Below, one piece after another: positions 63,411-64,000 of a stretch of DNA of 64,000 nt. A model generated the notes under the pieces. The model saw nothing but the letters and a program-made list of their open reading frames with translations. It was not told where the DNA came from and made no database searches. Origin of the DNA: Felis catus. Its lineage: Eukaryota. The position numbers were made by a program, and so were the translations under genes. The stretch covers positions 27,592,001 through 27,656,000 of the forward strand of contig NC_058383.1 of assembly GCF_018350175.1 (NCBI RefSeq), written 5' to 3'. Each line of letters starts with the position of its first letter. The first letter of the stretch is position 1.

Positions 63411-64000
63411 AGGAGTGGGGGGAAAAAGCAAGGTCAATGAGGGTAGTTGCCAGAGAAGCTCAGATGAGCATCAGAGATAGTTAAAATCACCATGCACTTC
63501 TCATGGGGTTGTCACATATGATCATTTTATGCAACTGGCACCTCCTGGCTTTACACAGTGCACAACCCAGACAACTGTAGTTGGTTGTTCTGCCAGGGCT
63601 TCCAAATGGCCCAAAGCTCTTTGCATAGATGTGTCAGATCTATTTAAGAGTCAATGGTGCAACAGATACATTTCATCATTTGCTACCCTTTATAGAAGTT
63701 CTCCAATTACCATATTTGTTCTCACTGGCTTACAAACCCCACTCCCAACACTAAGAAAGCACTGTGATATGAGCAAGGGGCAGCTCCCACAAAAACCAAG
63801 CCGTCTTCATAGATTATGTTGATGAATCCACCTCAGAGATGATCAGCTTTATTTATACCTGCATTCCACCATGCTTCTTGCTTCTGGATCCATCATCCTC
63901 ATAGCTCAAATAAAAAGCCAATTGCCTTCCCTCTGGGAAATTCACATCTCTTAAAAGGCTGATAAATATCTCCAAGTCTTCATCCATATGAGAGACTGTC

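Overview
This is mammalian genomic DNA, almost certainly from a cat-family (felid) species: it carries about 20 tRNA-derived carnivore SINEs of the SINEC_Fc type plus carnivore L1 3' ends. Most of the window is intergenic or intronic and dense in repeats: CanSINEs, young and old L1, L2, MIR, MaLR/ERVL/ERV1 solo LTRs, hAT and Tc2 MITE-like DNA transposons, and microsatellites. I find no intact protein-coding gene; the supplied ORFs are largely repeat-derived or chance ORFs. The most interesting signal is a candidate decayed multi-exon gene (unitary pseudogene) on the minus strand from about 29.2 kb to 16.2 kb. It starts at a palindromic RFX X-box with flanking E-box/CRE-like sites (29162-29213). 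It continues through a series of GT-AG-bounded exon-like blocks with protein-like translations broken mostly by TGA stops and small frameshifts, and ends near an AATAAA at 16263-16258. I cannot name the protein, so this remains a hypothesis. Other points of note are an L1 with a probable 3' transduction, nested insertions with intact target-site duplications (TSDs), a very young CpG-rich SINE, and several repeat-free blocks rich in transcription-factor motifs that look like enhancers. Repeat subfamily names come from recalled consensus sequences, not from a database search, and boundaries of old repeats are approximate.
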